The notes beneath the pieces are model-generated. The model had not been told where the DNA came from. It ran no database searches and worked only from the letters and a program-made list of their open reading frames with translations. A DNA stretch of 64,000 nucleotides, taken from Eledone cirrhosa (Eukaryota). Of this stretch, positions 32,339 to 43,896 are shown piece after piece. The stretch lies in the NCBI GenBank assembly GCA_964016885.1, contig OZ024744.1, positions 74,896,001-74,960,000 on the forward strand. Direction: 5' to 3'. Each line of letters starts with the position of its first letter. Position 1 is the first letter of the stretch. Position numbers and translations under genes: made by a program.

Positions 32339-35166
32339 TTGAAATGAATATCAAGCCACTACCTGCACCCTCAGATTTTCAGAACGTATCGGAGGGTTCT
32401 TGCTGTTTCCAGCAAGCATGCCTTTTGAAGCGTTCCAAAAAGCGTGGCGGGGACAATTTTCTTTAACCATCCCTGGAAAATATTTGAGATAGTACCTAGT
32501 GCGCCTATGACAATCGGGACCACGTTGACAGCATGGCAGTTCCAAATCCTTTTTACCTCCCACTTTAAGTCCTGGTACCGGTTAATTTTCACCCTCTCCT
32601 TCTCTTGTACTCACGTGTCGAATGGGCAGGCGACATCCACAATCAGGCACGATCTTTTTTCCTTGTCCACAACAACCACGTCAGGTCTATTGTGTTCCAG
32701 TTTCTTGTCCGTCAGTATCCTAAAATCCCACAGCACCTTCACCTGATCGTTTTCTATCACCGACTCTGGCTTATGCTCATCCCACTTCTCAGAATGTGGT
32801 AAATTGTTTACTTTGCATAGGTGCCAGTGGATCACCCTGCCCATCACATCATGTCTCCAGCCCTTATAGTGAGTCAGGGCTAGGTGTTTACACTCGGATA
32901 CAATGTGAGCCACAATCTCCTCTCACTCTCCACAGATCCTGCACAGTGGGCTAGCCTCCTCCTTGTAAATATGGTGTTTCCACCACTTCGTTTTGAGGGC
33001 CTGCTCTTGCGCAGCCATTAGCATTCCTTCTGTAGCCTTTTTAAGGTCTCCTGTTTTCAACAAGTTCCATGTCTATGGATCTCTGAATTCAGTTTTCTCA
33101 AAGAAGGTAATATGAAGGGATTTTTCATGAAGGCTGCTCTTTCTCCTTGTTGTTATTTCCTCCTTGGACATCCCCTAGTCTATTGTCCTCTCCTTCAGTA
33201 CAATTCTGAGCATTGGTTCCTTACTATCAGACACGTGTAGGTTGTTTTTCTCCATCTGAACACAGTCCTCTATGCTGATAAGACCTCTTCCACCTTCAGA
33301 TCTCCTTAAGTAGAGTCTATCGACATCACTCATCTTGTGGAACATGTTGTAGATAGTCAATAGCTTCCTAGTCTTCCTATCCATTTCTTTTTGTTCAGCA
33401 ACATTCCATCTCAGAATTCCCGCACTGTACCTAATAATAGACACAGCTCGGGAATTTACAGCACTTATGACTTTCCCACTATTTAGATGTGATTTTAACA
33501 TGTTCCTTAATTTTCTTATGTATTCAGATCTTAGCAAATCCTCCATTTCTTTGTTCTTGATATCATCTCTATCCAGAACACCTAAATATTTGTATCCCTC
33601 TTCGGTGTCTATTTCCTTTATCATCTTACCTGTTGGTACCTGGATTCCGTTGCTTCTACTCAATTTATCCCACTTTATCACTAGGACTCCAGACTTATTT
33701 ACACCAAATTCCATACATATATCATTGCGGGAAATACGGACAGTGTCACAAGTACATCCAACTCCTTCTCACTCTTCCCAAAGAGTTTAAGATCGTCCAT
33801 GAAGAGGAGGTGGTTGATGGTCAGCTCTCCGCTTCCCAACTTGTATCCTGCTCCCACTTTTCGCAATATGATGGACAGGGGTATCAGGGCAAGGACAAAC
33901 AACAAAGGGTACAAACTATCTCCCTGAAAAAATATCTCTCTTGATCTTCACGCCTCCCAAGGATTCTCCACCCGACGTTAACTCTGTTTCCCAGGACTTC
34001 ATACTTTTGCTCAATAGCTGTCTGATGTTATCTGCCACCTTGAAGATCACTAGATCATTTATCCAAGAATGAGGTACCATGTCGAATGCTTTTTTGTAAT
34101 CTATCCATCCCATGGCAAGACCAGTGTGCCTCCTCTTGCAATTCCTCATTACCATCTTATCAATAACTAACTGGTCTTTTGTACCACAGGACTTCTTTCG
34201 GCATCCTTTCTGTTCGTCCGGTAACAAGTTGTTTATGTGGAGGTGATGGTAGATTTCCCCAGACACAATGCTTGTTAACAGTTTCCACATTACGGACAGA
34301 CATGTGATAGGCCTATAGTTGGTAACATCATTACCCTTGATTCGGTCTTTCATTACCAGAACTGTGGTACCTTTTGTCACCACTCTGGTACTTCACCCGA
34401 CATCAAGAAGTCATTGAACATGGTTGTCAGTTTCGGGTGGAGGGGTGTTATATTTTTTATCTAATATCCTTGCTCCCCATCTGGGCCTGGTGATTTGCAG
34501 TTGGTTAGTTTTTTTGGCCTGCCCTTTAAGAGTTTCAACTGTGATACTCAAATCAGGTTGTTGGTGTGCTTGTTCACTCATCTCCTTTTGAACTGTCTCA
34601 ATCCACGCTGCATGACTATTATGTTCAACATCCTGCTCCCATATTCCTCTCCAGGATGGCTTATTCTGTTCCGCCTCAGGGATCAAGTCGTTGCCTCTTT
34701 CTTTCCCGTCAAGCTGTTCAAACAAGAACTTCTGGTTGTTGTCAAACATGCGGTTCTGTCTATACTGACTGACTCTGTTCTCATACCTCCTAATCTTTTC
34801 ACTTTTTGCTACAATGCGTTGCTTCAGTTCCTCTATGATAACATTTAGCTCTTTTCCCCTAGTTTTGTATTTTACTTTCAATCTATCTTTAGTGTCTATG
34901 TTTTGTAGTGTCCCATTCAGTAAAGACTCAAGCTTTCCAATGTCTTTTCTAATTTCCTTGATTTGACCATTTAGTCCTTTCTTCCACCAAGGTTCTGATC
35001 TTTCTTGTTTGTTGTTTCCTCTCGTTTTTATACCAAGTAATTTCCTCACTACATTTTCGGTTGCTTTGAGGATATTGTTGCATCGGTGATGGTTCCTCGC
35101 CTCAAGGTATGGGATTACTTTGTTTACCTTAGCTGTTGTTTCTTTTAACTTTTTCCTGTCTACAAA
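32339..35166 (-). mobile_element. R4-A long copy, decayed
   Basis: Colinear with 6791-9606; RT and RLE motifs in ORF fragments. Confidence 0.92.
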
Positions 35167-35193
35167 ACCTCTTCTTCTTCTTATTATTATTAT

Positions 35194-35244
<51 letters not shown>

Positions 35245-35339
35245 CTGTTGTTGTTGCTACTGCTACTACAAAAACAAAAATTACTACTACTGCAACAACA
35301 AAAACAACAACAGCGACAACAACAACAACAACAACAACA

Positions 35340-35414
<75 letters not shown>

Positions 35415-35769
35415 GCTGCTGTTGCTGCTGCTGCTGCTGCTACTGTTGCTGGTATGATATGATTGAAATTACATTAAATCATATTCATTCACTTCCAACA
35501 AAATGTTACGAGTTTGTTGAACGTATAGGAGATAAAGACCTTCATATTAGAGGCGAGACACAGAGTAGACTTACCACAATTTCTATTGATGATCTTCCAA
35601 TAGCAGATATTTACTGGTTGAAGGATAATTCAAACAATGGTACTTTAACCATAACATGTCCTTCAAAGGTTTATATCTGCTGCATTTTCGTTTTTGTCAA
35701 AATACTACTACTACTGGAATGAAAGAAACTTGTAGTAGTAGGAGTAGTAGTAGCAGCAGCGACAGCAGC

Positions 35770-35819
<50 letters not shown>

Positions 35820-36240
35820 CAGTTGTAGGAGGAGGAGGAGGGGGGGGTGAGAAACAGCAATAGCAGTTGTCATCGACACTGTTGTAGTTGATGCGGTTAT
35901 TTCTTATCACCACTATTATACTTTTTAAAATTATCATTATCGTCTTCATCATCATCACCATCATTATCATCACCACCAACAAGATCATAATCATCATCAC
36001 CGTTATCGTCAATAATATCAGCAGCAGGACCATAATCGTCATCAATCCCTTCATCATCATCATCATAATAATCATCCTCATCATCAACATTATAACTTTA
36101 ATCAACGTCAGCATCAACATCATGTCCACCATGATGATAACCATCACCATTATCACCATTTCCATCAACATCAAAATGATCATCACTAGTCCCATCGTAG
36201 TCGCCACAATCATAGTCATGTTCATCATTATTATTATCAT
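35167..36240. repeat. Trinucleotide repeat mosaic (CTT, TTA, GTT, CAA, CTA, CTG, TAG, CAT) with a unique spacer at ~35455-35730
   Basis: Directly visible. Confidence 0.9.
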
Positions 36241-36250
36241 TGCCAAGAGT

Positions 36251-36463
36251 GTTGGATTGGCAGAATCGGTAGAGCGTCGGGAAATATGCTTCACGGCATA
36301 GAGTTATGGCCCTTTATGTTCTGTGTTCAAATCCTGCCGAGGTTAGGTTAGCCCTTCATCCTTACGGGGCCGATAAAATAAAGTAACATTAATGCAGTGG
36401 GGTCAGCATAATCAACTTTCCCTTTCGCTCCAAATTGCTGGCTTTGTGCCTAAATCACAAACC
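36251..36463 (+). mobile_element. SINE (Nin/Deu-like)
   Basis: tggcagaatcgg, gttcaaatcc, ttcatccttacggggccgataaaataaagta and gctggctttgtgcc; a more decayed copy probably follows at ~36506-36675. Confidence 0.85.
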
Positions 36464-37239
36464 TTTATAGTCTTTGCCATTGTTATCGTCTTCGTTTAAG
36501 TCATAGATTGACAGAGCCGTTAGGCTGTCCGATAAATGTTCAGCAGTATCTGATCTGTTTTCTTTATAATGTCAGTCAATATACTGGAGTCAATTAAATA
36601 AAGTATCTGTTATATATTGGAATAGATTTTACCGACTTTCAGCTCACCCCCATTTTTGGTCTGTGCATAAATTCTATTTTTCCAGGCTGTGGCTCTATTA
36701 CCAAATCTGTTGAACGAATTCACCAAAATATAGATACTTCGAACGAACTTTAACCCATCTCGTATTTATGTGAATGTTCTCACAAAACGTTTTATATATT
36801 AAGCCAAGACATACGAAACAACAAAATATAACTGAAAAAAAAAGAAACTACTAAAATCTCCAAACCATTTATCCAAAGTTGATTTTATATAGAAAACTTC
36901 AAAGAATAGTTTCAGTGAGAATAGAAAATTACTTATAAGAAGTGAAAACGGAAATGATTAGCGATAGGAAAACACACACACGCACACGATGAAATAAAAT
37001 AAAACTATTTATGTAAAAGATAAGTACAAACTGGTAAATAGCTAACCGAAAGAAAAATATTTAGATGAGTACAAACATAGAATAGTTTGAAAATTAAAAA
37101 CAAAATGGCGAACGAAAAATGAATAAAAGAAATGAAACTTTAAATATATTGAAAGAATTCTTAATATTTTGGTTATCAATTAAGGCCAAACTAAGATTTT
37201 TCTCCTCATTTTAACGATATCAATAGTAGCCCGCTTCCA

Positions 37240-37545
37240 CCGTAGTGGTCCTTTCACGTGTACATCCATTTCCGGCATCCTTTCACCTCGGCTGGTAATA
37301 AATAATTGCTCTCCCTTTGAATAACCATCTGTTGCATCGTATAGATGTACTGATACTATATTCTGTTGGCACTCAAGTTATAGGCTTCTAGGATTGTGTT
37401 TCCTTCAAACAGTCAATCCGGTGTTGATTCTAATCTAACGAACAGTTTATAAAATTCTTCTAACATATAGCCATGGGTACGCGGCAGGTGTTTCATGCAG
37501 AATTTATGTGTGGTGCTGTTCCTAGAATATTTCCAGTCGGTTCCA
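37240..37545 (-). pseudogene. Old R4/Dong-like RT relic
   Basis: Manual translation gives HKFCMKHLPRTHGYMLEEFYKLFVRLESTPD*LFEGNTIL, PIT*VPTEYSISTSI and NYLLPAEVKGCRKWMYT*KDH, aligning to R4-B ..IPSWLVNGIIFL, PITCLTTMYKILTSV and NYLFPIEQKGCKRGSYGCKDQ. Confidence 0.75.
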
Positions 37546-37667
37546 TAATTACGTTGGTATATAAGATAAGATGATAATTATGCGGCAGTCATACACACGT
37601 AAATGGTTTCTTGGGCTTGGTTGGGTGGCAACGATCGAGCTTGACAAGATCACGATACGATCTTGAG

Positions 37668-37724
<57 letters not shown>

Positions 37725-37793
37725 GAAAACACAGGTAAGCATTAAGAGAAGGATTTTATCCAGGTATTTACGACCGTTTCATTGGTAAGTGCA

Positions 37794-37882
<89 letters not shown>

Positions 37883-38390
37883 AATCTGAGTTTTTCGAAT
37901 ATTAATAATAACATTCGATTCGTTTGCAATTATACAAACAAGCCTCATTTTTAAAGCCATGTCAGTAGAATGAGACTTTCATTATTGCTCTTGTGTTGAC
38001 ATGTAAACAGAACGCAATACCTTTCATCAGTACAGTTCACTGGTGGAGGTGGTGGTGGTGTTGGTGGCGGTGGTGTTGTTCTTGTTGGTGGTGGCGGTTG
38101 GCTGCTGTTTGTAGTTATGTTAATGTTGGTGGTGAAGATGATGATGATGATGGTGGTTCCAACGGTGATGTTTGTGTTGCTGGCTTTTGAAGTGGTTAAA
38201 ATGGCGCTGTTCACAGTGATAAAAATGTGGGTAGTGATGATGATGGTGGTGTTGACGAGTGAAATTTTAAAACATTAGAGCTATTGCTACTGGTAAGGGT
38301 GGTGTTTGTAATAATATTGAAAGAATGCGATTCTAAAATTTCAATGCAATGTTTTCCAAAATGCATAATTCTCCACCGAATTAACGACAT

Positions 38391-38790
38391 TTTCTTCTTC
38401 TTCTTCTTCTTCTTCTTCTTCTTCTTCTTCTTCTTCTTCTTCTTCTTCTTCTTCTTCTTCTTCTTCTTCTTCTTCTTCTTCTTCTTCTTCTTCTTCTTCT
38501 TCTTCTTCTTCTTCTTCTCTTGCTCATCCTCCTTCTCCTTCTTCTTCTTCTTCTTCTTCTTCTTCTTCTTCTTCTTCTTCTTCTTCTTCTTCTTCTTCTT
38601 CTTCTTCTTCTTCTTCTTCTTCTTCTTCTTCTTCTTCTTCTCTTGCTCATCCTCCTCCTCCTCCTTCTTCTTCTTTTTCTTCTTCTTCTTCTTCTTCTTC
38701 TTCTTCTTTTTCTTCTTCTTCTTCTTCTTCTTCTTCTTCTTCTTCTTCTTCTTCTTCTTCTTCTTCTTCTTCTTCTTCTTCTTCTTCTTT
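38391..38790. repeat. (CTT)n microsatellite with a duplicated interruption
   Basis: ctcttgctcatcctcc occurs at ~38517 and ~38640. Confidence 0.97.
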
Positions 38791-39654
38791 ATCATCATCA
38801 TCATCATTATTATATTTCTTTCTTGTCTTCTTTCCCTCCATTAATTTCTTTGAAATAGATCTCCTAAGTAAAGCTGCACAACGATTCCATGAGAAATGAT
38901 ATTACATTAAAACAAAGAATCAAGTGAATAAAATGAAATGGAAAATAAATAAAATAAACAAAATAAAAACAAATTATATATAATATAATAGAAAAAATAA
39001 AATGCAAAAATAAAAGCACGATCATAATCGACTGTGTGTGCCCATGGTTTGTCTGTTAAAAATGGTATTATTGCAAAAACAATAAATATAAATAAAGAAA
39101 AAATAAAGAAAAGGTGTATGGACGGAATAAACTAGACTTCAGTGGTTTTCATTCACAAAAGTTACATTATCAACTAGCGGCTTATTTGATGGCAAATGAT
39201 ACTTTTTTCGTTTTTAAATAGAAAGGTTTTACTGTTCAGAGCGTTTGTGTTCTAGAAAGAAAACCATTAAAATTTTTCCAAAATATCGATTAAAATAGCA
39301 ATAGTCTAGTGATTCGAATACCAGAAAAGAGATATGTTAGTTAGAATATGTCGCTGAACAAACAGACTAACACGACTTTGTTTAACGATGTTACTAAAAT
39401 ATGAATAAAATAAATAAATAAATAAATAAACAAAATTTAAAAAAAGGGTTTATAGAGAAAAAAAAATCTTTCAAGCAAAGTGTTGTTTCTTCCATGTTTA
39501 GTTTGATAGGACATGACGAACCAAGTATTAATACGCGTTAATGCCCGCATACAAGGCATTGTGTTCATTGAAAACAACACAAAATGTCAAATACCTTTTC
39601 AATAAAAAAGCATCAGCCGTATATCAGAGTTCCTCACTGTGCTACAAAATAGCA

Positions 39655-39760
39655 TGGCAGAATCAGTAGAGCATCTAACACCATTCTGTGCAGCATACAG
39701 TTATGGCCCTTTACATTCGGAATTAAAATCCCACCGAGGTTAACTTTGCCTTTCATCCTT
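39655..39760 (+). mobile_element. SINE, partial
   Basis: tggcagaatcagtagagc...ccgaggttaactttgcctttcatcctt. Confidence 0.8.
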
Positions 39761-39777
39761 ATTATATTATTTATTAA

Positions 39778-39960
39778 GGGCGGTGGATTGGCAGTATCGG
39801 TAGAGGGTCGGACGCCATGCTTTCCAGCATAGTTATGTCCCTTTACGATCTGAGTTCAAATCCCGCCGAGGTTGACTTTGCCTTTCATCCTTACGGGGTC
39901 GATAAAAAAAGTACCACTAATGCACTTGGTAATTGCTGGCCTTGTGCCTAAAGTAGAAAC
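39778..39960 (+). mobile_element. SINE, complete
   Basis: gggcggtggattggcagtatcgg, B box, Nin/Deu core, gctggccttgtgcctaaagtagaaac, then ATT repeats. Confidence 0.9.
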
Positions 39961-39977
39961 AATTATTACGCTAATTT

Positions 39978-40187
39978 GTAGATTGGTAGTATCGGTAGAG
40001 CGTCAGACAAGATGCGTTGTGGCATAGAGTTACGACATTTTACGATCTGAGTTCAAATCACGCCGAGGTTACCTTTGCCTTTCATCCCTACAGGGTCGAT
40101 AAAATAAAGTACAAATTAAGACTGGGGTCGATATATTCGACTTTCCCCTCTTCAAAAATGTATTAGTCTTGTACCTAAATCAGAAAC
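39978..40187 (+). mobile_element. SINE
   Basis: A and B boxes, Nin/Deu core, tail ..cttgtacctaaatcagaaac. Confidence 0.87.
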
Positions 40188-41222
40188 CCTTATGACATTA
40201 TTACTGAGACCTATAATTCTACAACAGACAACAGTATACTACACCATCATACACCACACTCCAAAAATACCATCCATCATCATACCAACACTATCATAAA
40301 CCACACTAACTCTAAAATACACTACATCAAGACTTACCATACACCACAGCAAAAGTACCATACATCACAATACCAACACTACCATACACTACCATACACC
40401 ACACCAACACTACCAAACACTACACCAACACTTCTACTTCACTAATATTGCAATGTTGCTAAAATCTGACTCATCATAAAATTTTATCTTTGTATTACTG
40501 CATTTTATTTCACTTGATTATAACTTCATATGTTAATAACATATTCAATAATATTTACAAGTGAATCATATTTAAATCAAGCCCCCCCCCCCCCCCCCAA
40601 AGGAAAGCACAACATATAAAAACGACAATTAAACCACAACAGAAAGGGAGAGAGGGTTAAACTCTATACCCAAGTCTGAGCAGTAACTCGACTGCTACGC
40701 AGACAAAATAACGTAAGCATTGCCGCGGAAAATGGCCAGCGACATGCCCTGAAACAACCACGCCGCTTCACGGGGCTGCTTCCTTCGGTGGGTCTTTCCG
40801 ATTTCATGAGGAAAATCGGAACTGCAAGGGACTTGTAGGAAAAAGAGGCGGTCGGCCAAGCCCCGGCATTTGTTTATCCTCCTCTCATCAGCATTGCAGG
40901 CGGCAGTGCCCGGGATTGTGGTTGAGCCGGGAAATTTTGAGACAAAGGGCCTATTGAAACACGCCCCGTCCCAGAGTGGGGATTTACTTCCCTCTCAAAT
41001 AATCACTAATAATAAGTAAAAGTCAAATTGTGCGTCTGTTTTTATTGGAAAAATGGCTATCTCTAAATTATTTGATATTTATTTAATTAATTTCGGTAAA
41101 CTACGAAGAAAAATTGGGTAAATTTTTTCTATTGTTCTTCACACTTATAATTATATATATATACATTCACAGTGTGCATTTAACTATGTTTATACACACA
41201 TGCGCACACACCTACACACACA

Positions 41223-41289
<67 letters not shown>

Positions 41290-41545
41290 CGGCGATGAAT
41301 TAGTTTTGCGAGATTTTTATATGAAATCGTGTGTCAAAACAAATATTGTTATACTTGGGGAGGGTCATATTTGTGTAATATTGCCAGAATTAATAACAGA
41401 ACACACTCACTGTTAGGTCGGTTTTCGCTTTTCGCTTCTGTGTCTTTTATATCGGTAATCTAATTTATTCGGTCCTCAATGTTGCCATTGACTGACCAAC
41501 GGTCAAAAATAATACAGTTACAATATAGACACAAACACATATATA

Positions 41546-41601
41546 TATAGTTTATCAAAGTTCTTTCGTTGCACATCTGCAACATCGTCAGTGGTGCTAT
41601 A
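41546..41601 (-). ncRNA. Minimal type I hammerhead ribozyme motif (left arm)
   Basis: Reverse strand reads UAUAGCACCA CUGACGA U GUUGCA GAUG UGCAAC GAAA G AA CUU UGAUAAACUAUA. Confidence 0.7.
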
Positions 41602-41843
41602 GATTCCTCCCGTTGCATTGTATTTCTACGCCATCTTTATTTAGTCTGTTTATATATTTATTTATTTATTTATTTGTTTGTTTGTTTATTTTATTTTGTC
41701 TTCTTTGCGCATGCGTTTGCGTGTGTGTATAGTGTTTTATTTGATGTGTGTTCGTGTTTGGGTGACTGTGTATTGGTTAATGTATTCTATGTTTACTAGT
41801 GTGTGTTTATATGTGTTTGTTATTATTGTGCTTGTGTATGTAT

Positions 41844-41874
<31 letters not shown>

Positions 41875-41924
41875 TACTTCTCTTAGGTCAGTGTTGTTTG
41901 TTTGGGTGTTGTTCTTATTCCATT

Positions 41925-43276
41925 GTTAAACAATGATCAGGTAAGAAAAATGGTCGCTCATGCAATAGGGGCTAGTATCAAAACTACCCTAAAGGGCCAC
42001 ATATTCAAGTTCAACGAGAAGATCTATGCCCAAAATGAGGGAGCAGCCATTGGCGTCAGCATAGCTGGTGATGTTGCCAACCTTTTTATGGTATGGTGGG
42101 AAAGGAGAGTTAAAGATCTCCTTAATGAGAGCTCCATAGACCTCATCATGTACTCTCGTTACGTAGACGATATCAATATAGTTATAAGAACATCCCCACT
42201 AGAGAGCACTAAGAAGTTTGATTTAGAACGTAGCACAATGGAAAGCATCCAGCAGATAGCTAATTCCATACACCAGAGTATAACTGTAACTATCGACTAC
42301 CCTTCCAAACACCCTAACAATAGACTACCTGTATTAGACACGGAACTCTGGATTAACACTATAGACGAGAGAGCCCAAATTCTCCACTCACACTATGCTA
42401 AACCCATGGCCTCCAAATACCTGATACTCAAAAACTCAGCAATGTCCAGTAGTGCTAAGTTTAATATTCTGATCGCTGATTTGGTACGAGTGATGAAGAA
42501 TGTGTCCCGCATGTGCGACCCAACAGAAATGGAAAGACATATCCAACACTTCATCAACCGCATGCAGTTCGCTGGCTACAACCAAAGAGACAGAGTCAGA
42601 GTATACGAAGGAGCTATGGAGAAGTATAAGACCCTTATAGAACTGGACATGAAAGGAATTTGCCCATTATACAGGAGCAAATCCTGGAATAGCTTAGATA
42701 GGGCTAGACATAAGATAGGGAAAGCCACCTCATGGTACGACAACCAGAGATACCAGAGTGTCATGTTTGTGGATGCTACCCTTGGAGGGAAATTAGCTAA
42801 CCAGTGTAGAAAAGCCAGGAACTACCATAAAATCCCTGATCAGCAAAACCTACCCTTTTAAGAAAACCCACTGTACTAATAGGAAATGTGTTATATGTAA
42901 AGTAAACCCCCGGATAAACTGTAAAACTAGAAACGTAGTCTATAGCATAAGATGTACAGAGGGTACTTGCAGAAACATGACAACAGCATATATAGGCGAA
43001 ACAGCTCGTAGCATAGGTGAAAGGATAGACCAACACTGGGGGGAACTAAAAGGACGAAAAAACGGTTCAGTACTATACGAACATGCCAGACAACAACACG
43101 ACGGTAACATAGACAACATAGAAATTAGAATAATATCTAAACATAGAAATGACCCAGCAGATAGGCAAATCAGAGAGGCCAGTGAAATAGAAGTTAGAAG
43201 GCCAAGATTAAACAGAAAGAATGAATGGAATAACAACAACACCCAAACAAACAACACTGACCTAAGAGAAGTATAA
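41925..43276 (+). pseudogene. PLE RT C-terminal half, Cys-rich linker and GIY-YIG endonuclease; frameshift near 42820-42860
   Basis: YAQNEGAAIG, RYVDD, LPVLD, HYAKP; then CTNRKCVIC..NCKTRNVVYSIRC..C..AYIGETARSIGERIDQH..RQIREASEI...PRLN. Confidence 0.9.
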
Positions 43277-43550
43277 ATAAATAAATAAACAGATAAATAA
43301 ATAAATAAATAAATACATGCACAAGCACAATAACAACAAGCACATATAAACACACACTAGTAAACATAGAATACATTAACCAATACACAGTCACCCAATC
43401 ACGAACACACATCAAACAAAACACTATACACACACGCAAACGCATGCGCAAAGAAGACAAAATAAAATAAACAAACAAACAAATAAATAAATAAATATAT
43501 AAACAGACTAAATAAAGATGGCGTAGAAATACAATGCAACGGGAGGAATC

Positions 43551-43606
43551 TATAGCACCACTGACGATGTTGCAGATGTGCAACGAAAGAACTTTGATGA
43601 ACTATA
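43551..43606 (+). ncRNA. Minimal type I hammerhead ribozyme motif (right arm)
   Basis: Core CUGACGA, stem II GUUGCA/UGCAAC, GAAA, a very short stem III, putative CUU cleavage triplet, imperfect stem I UAUAG-CACCA / UGAUG-AA-CUAUA. Confidence 0.72.
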
Positions 43607-43799
43607 TATATGTGTTTGTGTCTATATTGTATCTGTATTATTTTTTACCGTTGGTCAGTCAATGGCAACATTGAGGACCGAATAAATTAGATTACCGATA
43701 TAAAAGACACAGAAGCGAAAAGCGAAAACCAACCAAACAGTGAGTGTGTTCTGTTATTAATTCTGGCAATATTACACAAATATGACCCTTCCCAAGTAT

Positions 43800-43896
<97 letters not shown>

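Larger units (their letters stand above)
41289..43807 (+). mobile_element. Penelope-like element (Neptune-like), 5'-truncated, with inverted terminal arms 41343-41924 / 43224-43807 and a ~55-bp extra tail on the left
   Basis: PLE RT and GIY-YIG coding remnants; arms are near-perfect reverse complements; (TA)n on both sides. Confidence 0.9.

Noticed and set aside
35459-35722. 87-aa ORF with IYWLKD..NGTLTI resembling an Ig-domain motif
   Set aside because: Spacing between the motifs is far too short, the canonical cysteines are missing, and there are no convincing splice sites.
41343-43807. DNA transposon with long TIRs
   Set aside because: The interior encodes RT and GIY-YIG, not a transposase, and the arm overlaps the ORF 3' end.
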